The notes under the pieces are model-generated. The model had not been told where the DNA came from. It did not search any database and saw only the letters and a program-made list of their open reading frames with translations. Below, piece after piece: positions 1-9,894 of a stretch of 64,000 nt of DNA (positions are counted from its first letter, which is position 1; every line of letters begins with the position of its first letter). Origin of the DNA: Candidatus Aenigmatarchaeota archaeon (GTDB taxonomy: Archaea > Aenigmatarchaeota > Aenigmatarchaeia > CG10238-14 > SpSt-28); contig JAWBAC010000001.1 of the NCBI GenBank assembly GCA_038997355.1, positions 4,820 to 68,819 of the forward strand, read 5' to 3'. The translations under genes and the position numbers were made by a program.

Positions 1-55
1 AATTTCATAAACAAACTCTATAATTGTTAAATAAAAAAATAAGAATAATAATCTT

Positions 56-128
56 TGGGGCGGGAGGGATTCGAACCCTCGACCTTCCGGTCTTCAGCCG
101 GACGCTCTCCCAGCTGAGCTACCGCCCC
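56..128 (-). tRNA. tRNA-Phe(GAA), no intron
   Basis: Reverse complement GGGGCGG...CCGG-CT-GAA-GA-CCGG...GTTCGAATC...CCGCCCC-A folds as a cloverleaf; CCA not encoded. Confidence 0.97.
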
Positions 129-171
129 TTATAAAAATATTTAAAAATAATCATTATTTTAATTTTTAATA

Positions 172-369
172 ATGGGAAGAGTGAGAACAAGAGATATAAA
201 AAATTTAGCATTGAAAATCTTAGAAGCACATAGAGATAAATTTACTGCAGATTTTGAAAAAAACAAGCAAATAATAAATCAACTTTATTACTTCTATTCT
301 AAAAAAATAAGAAATAAAATCGTTGGATATATTACAAAGCTAATTGCTAAATCTTCTAAACCATCTTAA
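172..369 (+). CDS. rps17e: 30S ribosomal protein S17e
   Basis: MGRVRTRDIK...FTADFEKNK...SKKIRNKIVGYIT signature. Confidence 0.96.
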   Translation: MGRVRTRDIKNLALKILEAHRDKFTADFEKNKQIINQLYYFYSKKIRNKIVGYITKLIAKSSKPS

Positions 370-980
370 ATTTCAAACCTAAGCAAAGCTGCAATTTTCA
401 TTTTTTCACAAAATTCTTTTTCGCTCAATAAAACTATTTTTGCGTTTTGATTTAATGCTTTAATTATTTTTTGCAAAAATTCAAAAAAGTTTTCTTTACA
501 TACATAAAGCCTTTCAATTATTCCATATTCTAAATATTCTTCGATTTTATTTTTATCTGTAATAAATCTGCTAGAAGCTTTAGATACAATTTCTTTAATT
601 TCATTCATTTTACCAATTTCAAAGTTTCTTATTTTTTCTAATATTAATTTTATACTCTCATTTACTCCACTCTTTTTTGTTATAACTAATTCTTTACCAA
701 TATCTATATTTTCGCCATGATGCCCTTTATCTAATCTTTCGCTAGATACTTCTTCAATCTTTCCAACAATTCTACTTTTTTCGAAACTAACCTTTTCAAT
801 TCTTATTTTCGCAAAAGCTTCGATTCTATCCAAAAATTTTCCATCTTTTTTAGAATATACATTCCTTATTATTTTCATTTCAACTAAATCAAATTTTTCT
901 ATTATAAGCAATGTTAAAAACTTTTCTATTTCGTTTTCTACTTTAACATATATTTTATCTGAATTTAATAATTTAATCAT
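366..980 (-). CDS. pelA: Pelota/Dom34-like protein, shortened (middle domain apparently absent)
   Basis: N-domain RIVGKIEE..GHHGENIDIGKELVITK and C-terminal YGIIERLYV...IAALLRFEI; only 204 aa. Confidence 0.75.
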   Translation of the reverse strand: MIKLLNSDKIYVKVENEIEKFLTLLIIEKFDLVEMKIIRNVYSKKDGKFLDRIEAFAKIRIEKVSFEKSRIVGKIEEVSSERLDKGHHGENIDIGKELVITKKSGVNESIKLILEKIRNFEIGKMNEIKEIVSKASSRFITDKNKIEEYLEYGIIERLYVCKENFFEFLQKIIKALNQNAKIVLLSEKEFCEKMKIAALLRFEI

Positions 981-989
981 AAATATTTT

Positions 990-1892
990 ATGCCAGATAA
1001 ATATCCTATAGATGAATTTTCATTGATATTAATAGGAGCATTAATATTTTTTGTTGGTATTGCAGCAATAAATTACTATTTTTTTACATCTTCAATCCAA
1101 CAAAACATTTCAATCCAAACTAATAAATCAATTTTATTATCCAGTTATTTCTTATTGGATGGCTTATTCAGAGAAAACATAATATTTAGCGATGAAGATA
1201 AAATTTACAAAAATCTTTTTGAGGAAAAAACTTTTATTGCAAAAATAAGATTTAGTAAAGAAGAATTACAAAATATAGATAGTCTAAAAATAAAGTTTGA
1301 AAGCGAAAAAGGAATTTCTAAGCTTTATTTATTAGAAGGAAAAAATTTAGTAAAAGCTAAAGAGATATATTCTGCCAACGAAATAAAGCAGGAAATGATT
1401 TTCGTTGCAAAAATAGAAGAATATGATACAACTTTACATTACATAATTTTGGCTATTTTGCTAGGCAGCATAATAACGTTAGCAATTTTATATAGAGAAA
1501 TGATTCATCAAAGAGAAAAAATAAAAATAATAGCTGTTTCAATAATTATTGCATTATCGATAGTTTTCATTTCATTAGCACTAATAAAAGTTTATGATAA
1601 AATATCTCTTACTATATATTCAATAAAGCAAACCGCTTCGAAAGAATTTTATTTTCCTTATGTATCTAATATAACAAAAATGGAAATTTCATTCGAAATA
1701 GGCGCAAATAGTTTGAGAACAGAAAATCTTAAAATATATTTGAATAATGAATTAATCTACGATGCAAAACCAACCACATACTTTGTAAAAATAGTTAAGC
1801 AAAGTCCTCAACTAAAAAGTACTAATATAATAAAGTTTGAAACTTCAAATGCTAAATACGAAATAAAAAATCTATATATCTTATTTTCTTAA
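990..1892 (+). CDS. Hypothetical membrane protein
   Basis: 300-aa ORF with three hydrophobic segments. Confidence 0.7.
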   Translation: MPDKYPIDEFSLILIGALIFFVGIAAINYYFFTSSIQQNISIQTNKSILLSSYFLLDGLFRENIIFSDEDKIYKNLFEEKTFIAKIRFSKEELQNIDSLKIKFESEKGISKLYLLEGKNLVKAKEIYSANEIKQEMIFVAKIEEYDTTLHYIILAILLGSIITLAILYREMIHQREKIKIIAVSIIIALSIVFISLALIKVYDKISLTIYSIKQTASKEFYFPYVSNITKMEISFEIGANSLRTENLKIYLNNELIYDAKPTTYFVKIVKQSPQLKSTNIIKFETSNAKYEIKNLYILFS

Positions 1893-1898
1893 TTTATT

Positions 1899-3215
1899 AT
1901 GACTTCTATAGTTTTTGCCTTTGAAGTTCATCAACCCTTTAGATTAAGAGAAAGAGTCAACGAAAATTCCAACAATTTAATAGAAAGATATTTTGATATA
2001 GAATTGAACAAATTTTATTTAGATAGAATTTCTGAAAAATGTTATTTAAAAGCCAATAACATTATTCTAGATTTAATAGATGCGTTTAAAAAGCAAAAGA
2101 AAAAATTCAAGGTTGCATATTCTATTAGTGGAATATTTCTAGAAGCATTAGAAAAGTATAGAAGAGATGTTTTAGAAAGTTTTAGAGAATTAGCAAAGAA
2201 AAAAGAAGTAGAAATATTGTGCGAAACTTATTATCATTCGATCGTTTCTTTGCATTATGATTATGATGAATTTATTAAGCAAGTAGAGATGCAAAGAGAA
2301 ACTTTACATTCATTGTTAAATGTAAAACCAAAAGTTTTTGTAAATACTGAAATGATATTTAACAATAAAATTGCGAAAATAGCTGAAGATTTAGGTTTCA
2401 AAGCAATATATACCGAAGGAGTTGAAAGAATTTTGAAATGGAAAAGTCCAAATTATGTATATGTTAGAAAGTATGCATTTCCTAACGATCCTATTCCTAA
2501 AAAAAGAATAAAAATTTTGCTAAGAAATTATAGATTAAGTGATGATATTGCATTCAGATTTTCTGCAAGAAATTGGGATCAGTGGCCGCTAACTGCTGAT
2601 AAATATGCTTCTTGGTTAGCAGCAACTCCTGGAGATGTAATAAACATTTTTATAGATTATGAAACTTTTGGAGAGCATCATTGGGAAGAAAGTGGAATAT
2701 TTTGGTTCTTAAAAGCATTACCATATTATGTTTTGAAGTATGAGCACTTAGAGTTTGATCTACCAAGCGAAGTAATTAAGAAATATAATATTGTTGGAGA
2801 ATATGACGTTTTTGAATTGTCTTCCATATCTTGGGCAGATAGCGATAAAGATGTTAGCGCTTGGTTAGGTAATGAAATGCAATTAAGAAGTTTTGAAGAA
2901 GTTATGAATTTAAGAAATAAAGTTTTAGAAACGAATGATGCTGAACTATATAAAATTTGGCAATTATTTACTCAAAGCGACATTTATTATTATATGTGTA
3001 AAAAATCACAAGCAGATCAAGATGTTCATCAATATTTCAATCATTATAGAAGCGCTGAAAAAGCTTTTGTGAGTTTTATGAACATATTAGCAGATTTTAA
3101 AGCTCAACTAGAAATAAGAAAGATAAAGCAATCACTGAAAGAAATCTTAGCAAGTAAAAATATAATAGAAAATTTAGAAAAAGAATTAGATATTAAAGTT
3201 TATGAAAAGATTTGA
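1899..3215 (+). CDS. Glycoside hydrolase family 57 (alpha-amylase-like)
   Basis: FEVHQP, ETYYHS, NTE, DYETFGEH and SWAD motifs. Confidence 0.93.
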   Translation: MTSIVFAFEVHQPFRLRERVNENSNNLIERYFDIELNKFYLDRISEKCYLKANNIILDLIDAFKKQKKKFKVAYSISGIFLEALEKYRRDVLESFRELAKKKEVEILCETYYHSIVSLHYDYDEFIKQVEMQRETLHSLLNVKPKVFVNTEMIFNNKIAKIAEDLGFKAIYTEGVERILKWKSPNYVYVRKYAFPNDPIPKKRIKILLRNYRLSDDIAFRFSARNWDQWPLTADKYASWLAATPGDVINIFIDYETFGEHHWEESGIFWFLKALPYYVLKYEHLEFDLPSEVIKKYNIVGEYDVFELSSISWADSDKDVSAWLGNEMQLRSFEEVMNLRNKVLETNDAELYKIWQLFTQSDIYYYMCKKSQADQDVHQYFNHYRSAEKAFVSFMNILADFKAQLEIRKIKQSLKEILASKNIIENLEKELDIKVYEKI

Positions 3216-3630
3216 AATTCTAGAATATCCGACCGCAGATACAGGATTTGTTGCATATGGAAAGAATTTAGAAGAATTATTTGAAAACGCAGCTATAGCT
3301 ACGTATAGCATAATGGTAAATTTAGAAAAAGTAGAACCAAAAATAAAAAGAGAAATAAGAATTGAAGCAATAGATTTATATCAATTGATGTTTAAGTGGA
3401 TTAATGAATTGCTCTATTTTTTAGATACAGAGATTTTGGTTTTTAGTAAGTTTAAAGTGAAAATCGAAGAGAAAGATGGAAAATATTTTTTGTTTGCTGA
3501 AGTTTTTGGAGAGAAAGTAGATAAAAGTAAGCATGATTTAGGTACATTAGTTAAGGCATGTAGCTATCATAACATGGAAATTAAAAAAGAAAATGATATT
3601 TGGATTGCAAAAGTTATAGTAGATATATGA
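3202..3630 (+). CDS. Archease (RtcB activator)
   Basis: TAD..AYGKNLEELFENAA and VKACSYH...VIVDI motifs. Confidence 0.93.
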   Translation: MKRFEILEYPTADTGFVAYGKNLEELFENAAIATYSIMVNLEKVEPKIKREIRIEAIDLYQLMFKWINELLYFLDTEILVFSKFKVKIEEKDGKYFLFAEVFGEKVDKSKHDLGTLVKACSYHNMEIKKENDIWIAKVIVDI

Positions 3631-3736
3631 ATTAAACATAAAAAGCTGGAATATAAAAAATAGATATATAAATTTATTCTATTATTTTGTACTTAAGAGA
3701 TAAATTAATTCTATAAATTTTTCCTATAAAGAAAAA

Positions 3737-4324
3737 TTATAGAATTAATTTATCTAAGAAATGATTAATTATTGCGATAGATGTTGAAGTTAAATAAGGT
3801 ATTGAACCTAAACTTATTTTTCTTGCATTAAACTCTCTAATGATAAATTTTTCAACTTTCTTAGGCAAACCTATATGATCTCCAACTATAAAACAATTAT
3901 TTTCGCTTAAATACTCTTTTTCCAAATTTTCTCCTTTTTCATGCAAAACAAAGAAATTAGGATTATACTTTTGCTTTATAAATCTTAAGAGAGGTATTAA
4001 ATCTAATTCGTAAAAATTAAAACCTTCATCCAATTGAACTCTTTTGTAATATTTTTCTAAGTTTTGTCTTATTTTTTCAGCAAAATGCTTTTCATTAGGT
4101 AAAATTCCTTTAACTCTTTCAGAAATTATTTCTAAAGAAATTGGTTTGTTTGGTTTTCTTAAGATAGCATAAAATATTACATCTTTTCTGTATTCTCTAC
4201 TAATACAAATTGCTTGTATTGCGCTTTGAACAACTATATCAAATCTTCCAAAACGTTCTAGATTTTCGATATCAAGATCGTAAGAATTATATGAAGCTCT
4301 ACTAGCTAATACAAATATCCTCAT
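3737..4324 (-). CDS. trmY: tRNA (pseudouridine-54-N1)-methyltransferase, SPOUT family
   Basis: GRFDIV, LHEKGE, FIVGDHIGL and ISLG..PYLTS motifs. Confidence 0.88.
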   Translation of the reverse strand: MRIFVLASRASYNSYDLDIENLERFGRFDIVVQSAIQAICISREYRKDVIFYAILRKPNKPISLEIISERVKGILPNEKHFAEKIRQNLEKYYKRVQLDEGFNFYELDLIPLLRFIKQKYNPNFFVLHEKGENLEKEYLSENNCFIVGDHIGLPKKVEKFIIREFNARKISLGSIPYLTSTSIAIINHFLDKLIL

Positions 4325-5775
4325 TAACCCTTTACAACAGCAATAGGTCTCATTCTAACAACAATTTTGCTTATTCCGGCTCTCTCTGTTGTTAAAACAA
4401 CTTCATCAACATTTTTATATGCTTCTGGCAATTCTTCTATAACACCTTCTTTTGTTGTTGATTTTATTAATATACCTTTTGATTCTATTAGCTTAACTGC
4501 ATCTTGATATCTATATTTTCTCATCATTGCAGCTCTTGATGCAACTCTTCCACTACCATGAGCTGAAGAATAAAATGTTTTTTCTGCTGTCTCAACGCCA
4601 ACTAAAATATAGCTTGCGGTTCCCATACTTCCAGGAATTAATACTGGCTGGCCAATTTTTTCATAAGCTTTTGGTATGTATGGACTGTATGGCGGATATG
4701 CTCTAGTTGCTCCTTTTCTATGAACTAATAATTTTTTCTTTTCACCATCTACTTTATGTTCTTCTAATTTTGCCATGTTATGATGAATATCGTAAACAAT
4801 TTGTAAACCAATTTCTTCTAAGGGCATTTTCAAAACTCTAACAAAACTCTCTCTTATCCAATGAGTTATCATTTGTCTATTTGCAAAAGCATAATTAGCT
4901 GCTGAAAACATAGCTCCAAGATATCTTTCAAAAACTTTTGTTCCACTTGGAGCATATGCTAATTGTCTGTCTGGCAATTTCCTTATTAAATCTCTAAACT
5001 CTCTTTCTATTATTTCTAAATAATCGCTTGCAACTTGATGACCTAAACCTCTTGAACCAGTATGAATCATAACAACTATTTGACCTTCTCTTTCTATTCC
5101 CAAAACTTTAGCTATTTCTCTATCAAAAATTCTATCAACAACTTGAATTTCTAAGAAATGATTCCCAGAACCCAAAGTTCCTAATTGCGGCATACCTCTT
5201 TCTATTGCTTTTTGAGAAACATATTCTGGATTTGCATTTTCTTCCTCGCAACCATTATCTTCTATAAATTCTAAATCTTTTTCAGTTCCATATCCATTTT
5301 CTACTGCCCATTTTGCACCATATTTTAATACTTCATATGTTTGACTAGCAGAAAGTTTTACTAATCCTTCGCTACCTACACCAGCTGGAACAGATCTAAA
5401 TATTTCATTTACTAAATCATAGAGTTTATCTTTTATTTGTTCGTAAGTTAAATTTGTTCTTAAAACTCTTACTCCACAACCTATATCAAAACCAATACCT
5501 CCAGGACTTACGCAACCATTATAATAATCTATTCCAGCTATTCCTCCAACTGGGAATCCATATCCAAAATGCATGTCTGGCATAGCAATGGAATATCTTT
5601 GAATTCCAGGCAATGTAGCAACATTAATGGCTTGCTCTATTGCACCGTCTTCAACTTCTTGCAATAATTTTTCAGATAAGAACAATCTTACAGGAACATT
5701 CATATTTGGTTTTACTCCTTTCTCTATTTCCCATTCATAATCACTAATTTTTTTAACCTTAGATTTCCAACTCAT
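4324..5775 (-). CDS. rtcB: tRNA-splicing ligase RtcB
   Basis: MPDMHFGYGFPVG, GFDIGCG, GSGNHFLE, HTGSRG, HRKGAT, PGSMG and HGSGR motifs. Confidence 0.98.
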   Translation of the reverse strand: MSWKSKVKKISDYEWEIEKGVKPNMNVPVRLFLSEKLLQEVEDGAIEQAINVATLPGIQRYSIAMPDMHFGYGFPVGGIAGIDYYNGCVSPGGIGFDIGCGVRVLRTNLTYEQIKDKLYDLVNEIFRSVPAGVGSEGLVKLSASQTYEVLKYGAKWAVENGYGTEKDLEFIEDNGCEEENANPEYVSQKAIERGMPQLGTLGSGNHFLEIQVVDRIFDREIAKVLGIEREGQIVVMIHTGSRGLGHQVASDYLEIIEREFRDLIRKLPDRQLAYAPSGTKVFERYLGAMFSAANYAFANRQMITHWIRESFVRVLKMPLEEIGLQIVYDIHHNMAKLEEHKVDGEKKKLLVHRKGATRAYPPYSPYIPKAYEKIGQPVLIPGSMGTASYILVGVETAEKTFYSSAHGSGRVASRAAMMRKYRYQDAVKLIESKGILIKSTTKEGVIEELPEAYKNVDEVVLTTERAGISKIVVRMRPIAVVKG

Positions 5776-5861
5776 ATATATTTATTTTTACACAGAATAA
5801 ATTTAAAAATTTCTAATTCTGCAATTAATTAAAAAATAAATAAAGAGAAAAGAGGAAGAAA

Positions 5862-7505
5862 TTAAGGTAGTTCTATTCTTTTTTCTCTAACTCCTACTTT
5901 TCTCGCTATTAATACTACTAGCAATACTAATAAAGCTATTAATAGTACTATTACTGTTGCAATTACTAATGTTTCTAATATCTTGCCTAAGTTTACATCT
6001 ATTCTTAGTGGTTTTGGTTTTTCCCTAACATTAAATTCAAAATGCTCTTCTACTTCTCCTACTTTAATTTTTACTTTTGTTGCTGATTTTTCAAAATCTT
6101 CGCTTACAAACAAAGATAACTTTACTACTTTTGTTTGTAATGGCAATATGTTTATGCTAGATGTTTCTAAAGAGCTTAATACTCCTCTTTCTGTTTCTAC
6201 AGATATAGGTAATTTTTCAAAGGCTTTTATATCGCTGTTTTTAACTGTTATGTATATATCATTCCACTCTCCCTTATTTAATTCTCTTTTATCTACTGAA
6301 ACTTTTAATACTTGTATATGTGTTGCTCTTTCTATATAGAAATCATACTTAATACTTACTAAATTATTAAATGCAAATACCGTTGCTAATTTTCTTTCCC
6401 CTTGTTCGACATTCATTACATTAAAGTATACAAATTTTACTTCGTTTGGTAAAATAGCTGGAATTATCTTAATTTGCACTTCTTCTCCTATAACAAACAT
6501 CACTGTTACATTATACAATCCTACATCTCCACAATTTCTTAAAAATACATTTACTCTTCCTTCTTCTATGATTCTATTTTCTACTTTTTCAAAATCTAGA
6601 CAATAGTTAAAGCTTAAACCTTCTATTTCGTATGAACTAAAAGATGGAATGTACTTTACTGAATTGCTTATTCCATACATCGTTAGTAATAATCTTGCTA
6701 CTTGATCAAAATTTACTAAGTTTCCTATATTTAATACATTAAGATTTGAATTGCCGTTAATATCGCTGTTATTATTACTTATTTGATTTGTGTTGTTGAA
6801 ATAAACCTGTGTTAATAAATCTATTAATAATGATAGTTTGTTTATGATTTCATTGGTGTTATTGAAGTATATATAATTCGTATTATTCAAATTGATTTGT
6901 GTTAGTAAATCGATTATTGGTAATATTGTGTTAATAATTTCGTTAACATTTATGTTTGTATTATTTAAGTTGTTAATTAAGTTTAGCAAATTATTTAGAT
7001 TTGCTACTAAACTTACTTCGTTAATGTTACTATTGTTGTTATTGATGTTTATCTGATTGTTATTTGTAATGTTATTCAATAGATTTATTATTGAAAGCAC
7101 ATCTATTGGTGTAACTTTTTGTTCTGATGTTGGACAATTCCAGGTTATTTTAATTCTTTGACTTTCTATTGTAGGATCGCTAGTTACTACATATGTTACT
7201 TTTGCATAATATTCGTTGGTAACTGGACATGTGTTGCTAGTTACAAAAGTAAAGCAGAAGAATTGTTCACTTCCTTGATTTGTGCATTCTTTAATTTTAT
7301 TATTGTTCTCAAAAATTTCTATCTTAGTTACTCTTACTCTATTTATATCGTTAAACTTTGCTATAGCTACTAATAATACTTGCTCGTCTTTTATTGCTTG
7401 GGTCTTACTTGCTAAAAGTTCTACACTATCTGCTAAAGCTAGATTGCTACCTAACATAAGTATTCCTGCTGCTATTAGTATTATTAGTAAAGTATTTAGC
7501 CTCAT
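5862..7505 (-). CDS. Secreted, C-terminally anchored surface protein with Asn-rich repeats
   Basis: Signal-peptide-like MRLNTLLIILIAAG (start moved to 7505), Asn-rich middle, beta-rich Ig/CARDB-like parts, C-terminal TM followed by a basic tail. Confidence 0.75.
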   Translation of the reverse strand: MRLNTLLIILIAAGILMLGSNLALADSVELLASKTQAIKDEQVLLVAIAKFNDINRVRVTKIEIFENNNKIKECTNQGSEQFFCFTFVTSNTCPVTNEYYAKVTYVVTSDPTIESQRIKITWNCPTSEQKVTPIDVLSIINLLNNITNNNQININNNNSNINEVSLVANLNNLLNLINNLNNTNINVNEIINTILPIIDLLTQINLNNTNYIYFNNTNEIINKLSLLIDLLTQVYFNNTNQISNNNSDINGNSNLNVLNIGNLVNFDQVARLLLTMYGISNSVKYIPSFSSYEIEGLSFNYCLDFEKVENRIIEEGRVNVFLRNCGDVGLYNVTVMFVIGEEVQIKIIPAILPNEVKFVYFNVMNVEQGERKLATVFAFNNLVSIKYDFYIERATHIQVLKVSVDKRELNKGEWNDIYITVKNSDIKAFEKLPISVETERGVLSSLETSSINILPLQTKVVKLSLFVSEDFEKSATKVKIKVGEVEEHFEFNVREKPKPLRIDVNLGKILETLVIATVIVLLIALLVLLVVLIARKVGVREKRIELP

Positions 7506-7625
7506 AATGTTATTTATGTAAAAAGTATATAAATACTTTTTGGTGGTAACAATCATTATTATACTTCTTCAGTAGTAATACTTGTTAACTAAAAAATAAT
7601 TAGTAGATAAAAAATTTATTAATTT

Positions 7626-8360
7626 ATGGTAATAAAGGTTGGTTGTTGTGGATTTCCTGTTGCTAAAAACAAATATTTTCAAAATCTTAAGCTAGTGGAA
7701 ATTCAACAGACTTTTTATAAGTTGGTTAGTGAAGACTTATTAGAAAAATGGAGAAAAGAAGCACCAAAGGATTTTGAATTTACAATAAAAGCTTTTCAAG
7801 GATTAACCCATTCGATTAAAAGCTTTACTTGGAAAAGAAGTGGATTATCTAAAGAAGAATTAAAAAAGATTGAAAAGTATGTTGGAAGTTTAAAAGTAAA
7901 TAAAGTGACTATGGAATATTGGGAAGTTATGCTAAAATATGCAAAAATTTTGAATTCTAAGATTATTTTACTTCAACTTCCAAATTCTTTTAATGATAGT
8001 GAAGAAAACATAAAACAAGCAAAAGAGTTCTTAAAAAATGTAGAAAGTAGTAAAGTAATAATAGCTTTAGAGCTTAGAGGTTGGAAAAAGGAAAACAAAC
8101 TAAAAATATTTGAAGAATTTAATGCTATAGATGTTGTAGATCTAAGTTTCGAAAAACCTAGCATAGTAAAAGATATTTTATACACCAGATTACATGGAAA
8201 GCACGAAGGAAATAAAATAATCTATAGTTACGAGTATACAAAAAACGAATTAGAAAAAATTAAAGACTACTTACTTGAAATCAATGCAAAAGAAAGTTAT
8301 GTTCTATTTAACAATTCTTCGATGTTTAAAAATGCCTTAGAATTTATTTCCCTTCTTTAA
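7626..8360 (+). CDS. DUF72 family protein
   Basis: VGCCGF, VEIQQTFY, FEFTIKA, LLQLP, YTRLHG and VLFNN motifs. Confidence 0.9.
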   Translation: MVIKVGCCGFPVAKNKYFQNLKLVEIQQTFYKLVSEDLLEKWRKEAPKDFEFTIKAFQGLTHSIKSFTWKRSGLSKEELKKIEKYVGSLKVNKVTMEYWEVMLKYAKILNSKIILLQLPNSFNDSEENIKQAKEFLKNVESSKVIIALELRGWKKENKLKIFEEFNAIDVVDLSFEKPSIVKDILYTRLHGKHEGNKIIYSYEYTKNELEKIKDYLLEINAKESYVLFNNSSMFKNALEFISLL

Positions 8361-8721
8361 TTTTTAATATCGTTTTAAAGATTTTTTCTCCATTCTTAAT
8401 TCCGCTAAATTCTATTTTTTCTCCAAAAGAGCTAATAACTATTTTAGATAAACCTAAAATATAAAGGTATGGAGTTTTTTCTAAGCTTATTTTTTGCACA
8501 AGGTTTAAATCAATTTTTTCGATTTTTTTATAAAATATTCCTCTTCTGATAAAAAGCTCTTTACCTTTTATTTCTAAATAATTAAAGTTTCTATATATTT
8601 CTACAGCAAGAACAAAAGAAATTAAAAATAAAAAAGTGATAAAGGAAGGATAAAAAAGTATTAATAAAAAGAAGAGTAAATAGTATGGTAAGTAATAAAT
8701 CCTAGAAACCTTAACTTTCAT
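8344..8721 (-). CDS. Membrane protein with bacterial PH-like domain
   Basis: Two TM segments then IRRGIF..I..VQKI...LGLSKIVI. Confidence 0.7.
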   Translation of the reverse strand: MKVKVSRIYYLPYYLLFFLLILFYPSFITFLFLISFVLAVEIYRNFNYLEIKGKELFIRRGIFYKKIEKIDLNLVQKISLEKTPYLYILGLSKIVISSFGEKIEFSGIKNGEKIFKTILKIKEGK

Positions 8722-8737
8722 AAATTTATTATATTAT

Positions 8738-9340
8738 ATGGATGATAAAATAAATTCGGACGAACATGCAAAACTATATATAGAAGCACTAAATAATCTT
8801 AAAACTGCTCTCCCAAAATTTTCCCTATTTTTATTGCTTTTAGTCTTTTTGTGGATAATATCGCCTTTTATAATAGAGTTAGGAAAAGATATATACTTGG
8901 AAATCTTTAATGTAAAAATAGAAACAAAAAATCTGATAAATATTCTTTTAATAACATATTTAACTGTTTTGCTATTATTTACATACAGAGAAATAATACT
9001 TATAGGAAGTGCTTTTTCTAAATTAATAGTTTTTTACTCTTCAAATCCTAACGACGATATTTCGAAGTTAAATATTAGAATTAAAAAGTTTGAAAACATT
9101 TTAAGTTTATTGTTAGTTAATATAATTTCTTTTTTGATTTATTACATTTTTAAAGATTTTCTATCTCAAATAAGTCAAATATTCGCATCTGCTTTATTAC
9201 TAATTTTAACACTTTCATTTTTAATACTTCTATTCCTTCTCTCTATCTCTTTGAGTTCTGAATTAGAGTTAAAGATACAGGAAGTTTTTAGAACTAGAGA
9301 AAAAAGAAAAAATGGAAGAAATAATAACCAGAATAAATAA
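8738..9340 (+). CDS. Hypothetical membrane protein
   Basis: Four hydrophobic segments. Confidence 0.7.
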   Translation: MDDKINSDEHAKLYIEALNNLKTALPKFSLFLLLLVFLWIISPFIIELGKDIYLEIFNVKIETKNLINILLITYLTVLLLFTYREIILIGSAFSKLIVFYSSNPNDDISKLNIRIKKFENILSLLLVNIISFLIYYIFKDFLSQISQIFASALLLILTLSFLILLFLLSISLSSELELKIQEVFRTREKRKNGRNNNQNK

Positions 9341-9764
9341 AAATTTTAATGCAGAAATTCCAAAAGATTTGGACTTTGAAATAAGAAATGAAAAGATTTA
9401 TGTTTTTAAAAAAGAATTAAAAAACATTTACGAATTTTTAAAATCTAAAGGGCTTAGATTAGAGAAAATTGGAATATATTTTGGGAAATTAAAGAAAAAT
9501 GATAAAATTCAGTTAAGCATAGAAGGTTCACAAATAGTTGGGAAAACAGCAAAAAAGAACGTAATAGAAATTAACGATCTAGAAAAGCTTGAAAAATTTC
9601 TAAGAGATGAGATTTCTTTAAGTTTAGAGGAATTTAAAAATGTTGAAAAACATAATTTTCCAATCATTAAATATAAAAACTATATAGTTTGTTCAGCAGC
9701 AAGTTTAGAGAAGGAAATTAAAAATCTTTTTCCTAAAAATGCTAAAAGACTTTTATACGATTAA
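9312..9764 (+). CDS. NIP7/RsmF C-terminal (PUA-like) RNA-binding protein
   Basis: IGIYFGK...IQLSIEGSQIVG..AKKNVIEI...IKNLFPK pattern. Confidence 0.7.
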   Translation: MEEIITRINKNFNAEIPKDLDFEIRNEKIYVFKKELKNIYEFLKSKGLRLEKIGIYFGKLKKNDKIQLSIEGSQIVGKTAKKNVIEINDLEKLEKFLRDEISLSLEEFKNVEKHNFPIIKYKNYIVCSAASLEKEIKNLFPKNAKRLLYD

Positions 9765-9769
9765 ATTGT

Positions 9770-9870
9770 TGCCGGGGGTGGGATTTGAACCCACGACCTC
9801 CGCGTTTCTATCATCAATATCAAAGCTCATTTGATATGAGCGCGGCGTTCTGCCGCTAAACTACCCCGGC
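9770..9870 (-). tRNA. tRNA-Met(CAT), elongator type, 29-nt intron at 37/38 (9806-9834)
   Basis: GCCGGGG acceptor; CCGCG-CT-CAT-A[intron]A-CGCGG; GTTCAAATC T-loop. Confidence 0.92.
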
Positions 9871-9894
9871 ATATAAAAAATTAAGAAAAAGTAA

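Noticed and set aside
129..171. Fixed-distance TATA boxes upstream of tRNAs, implying leaderless tRNAs without RNase P
   Set aside because: Upstream regions are too AT-rich, and no consistent spacing was visible across the tRNAs checked.
9770..9870. tRNA(CAU) as tRNA-Ile2
   Set aside because: The GCCGGGG acceptor resembles archaeal elongator Met rather than the GGGCCC-type Ile acceptor; not formally excluded.
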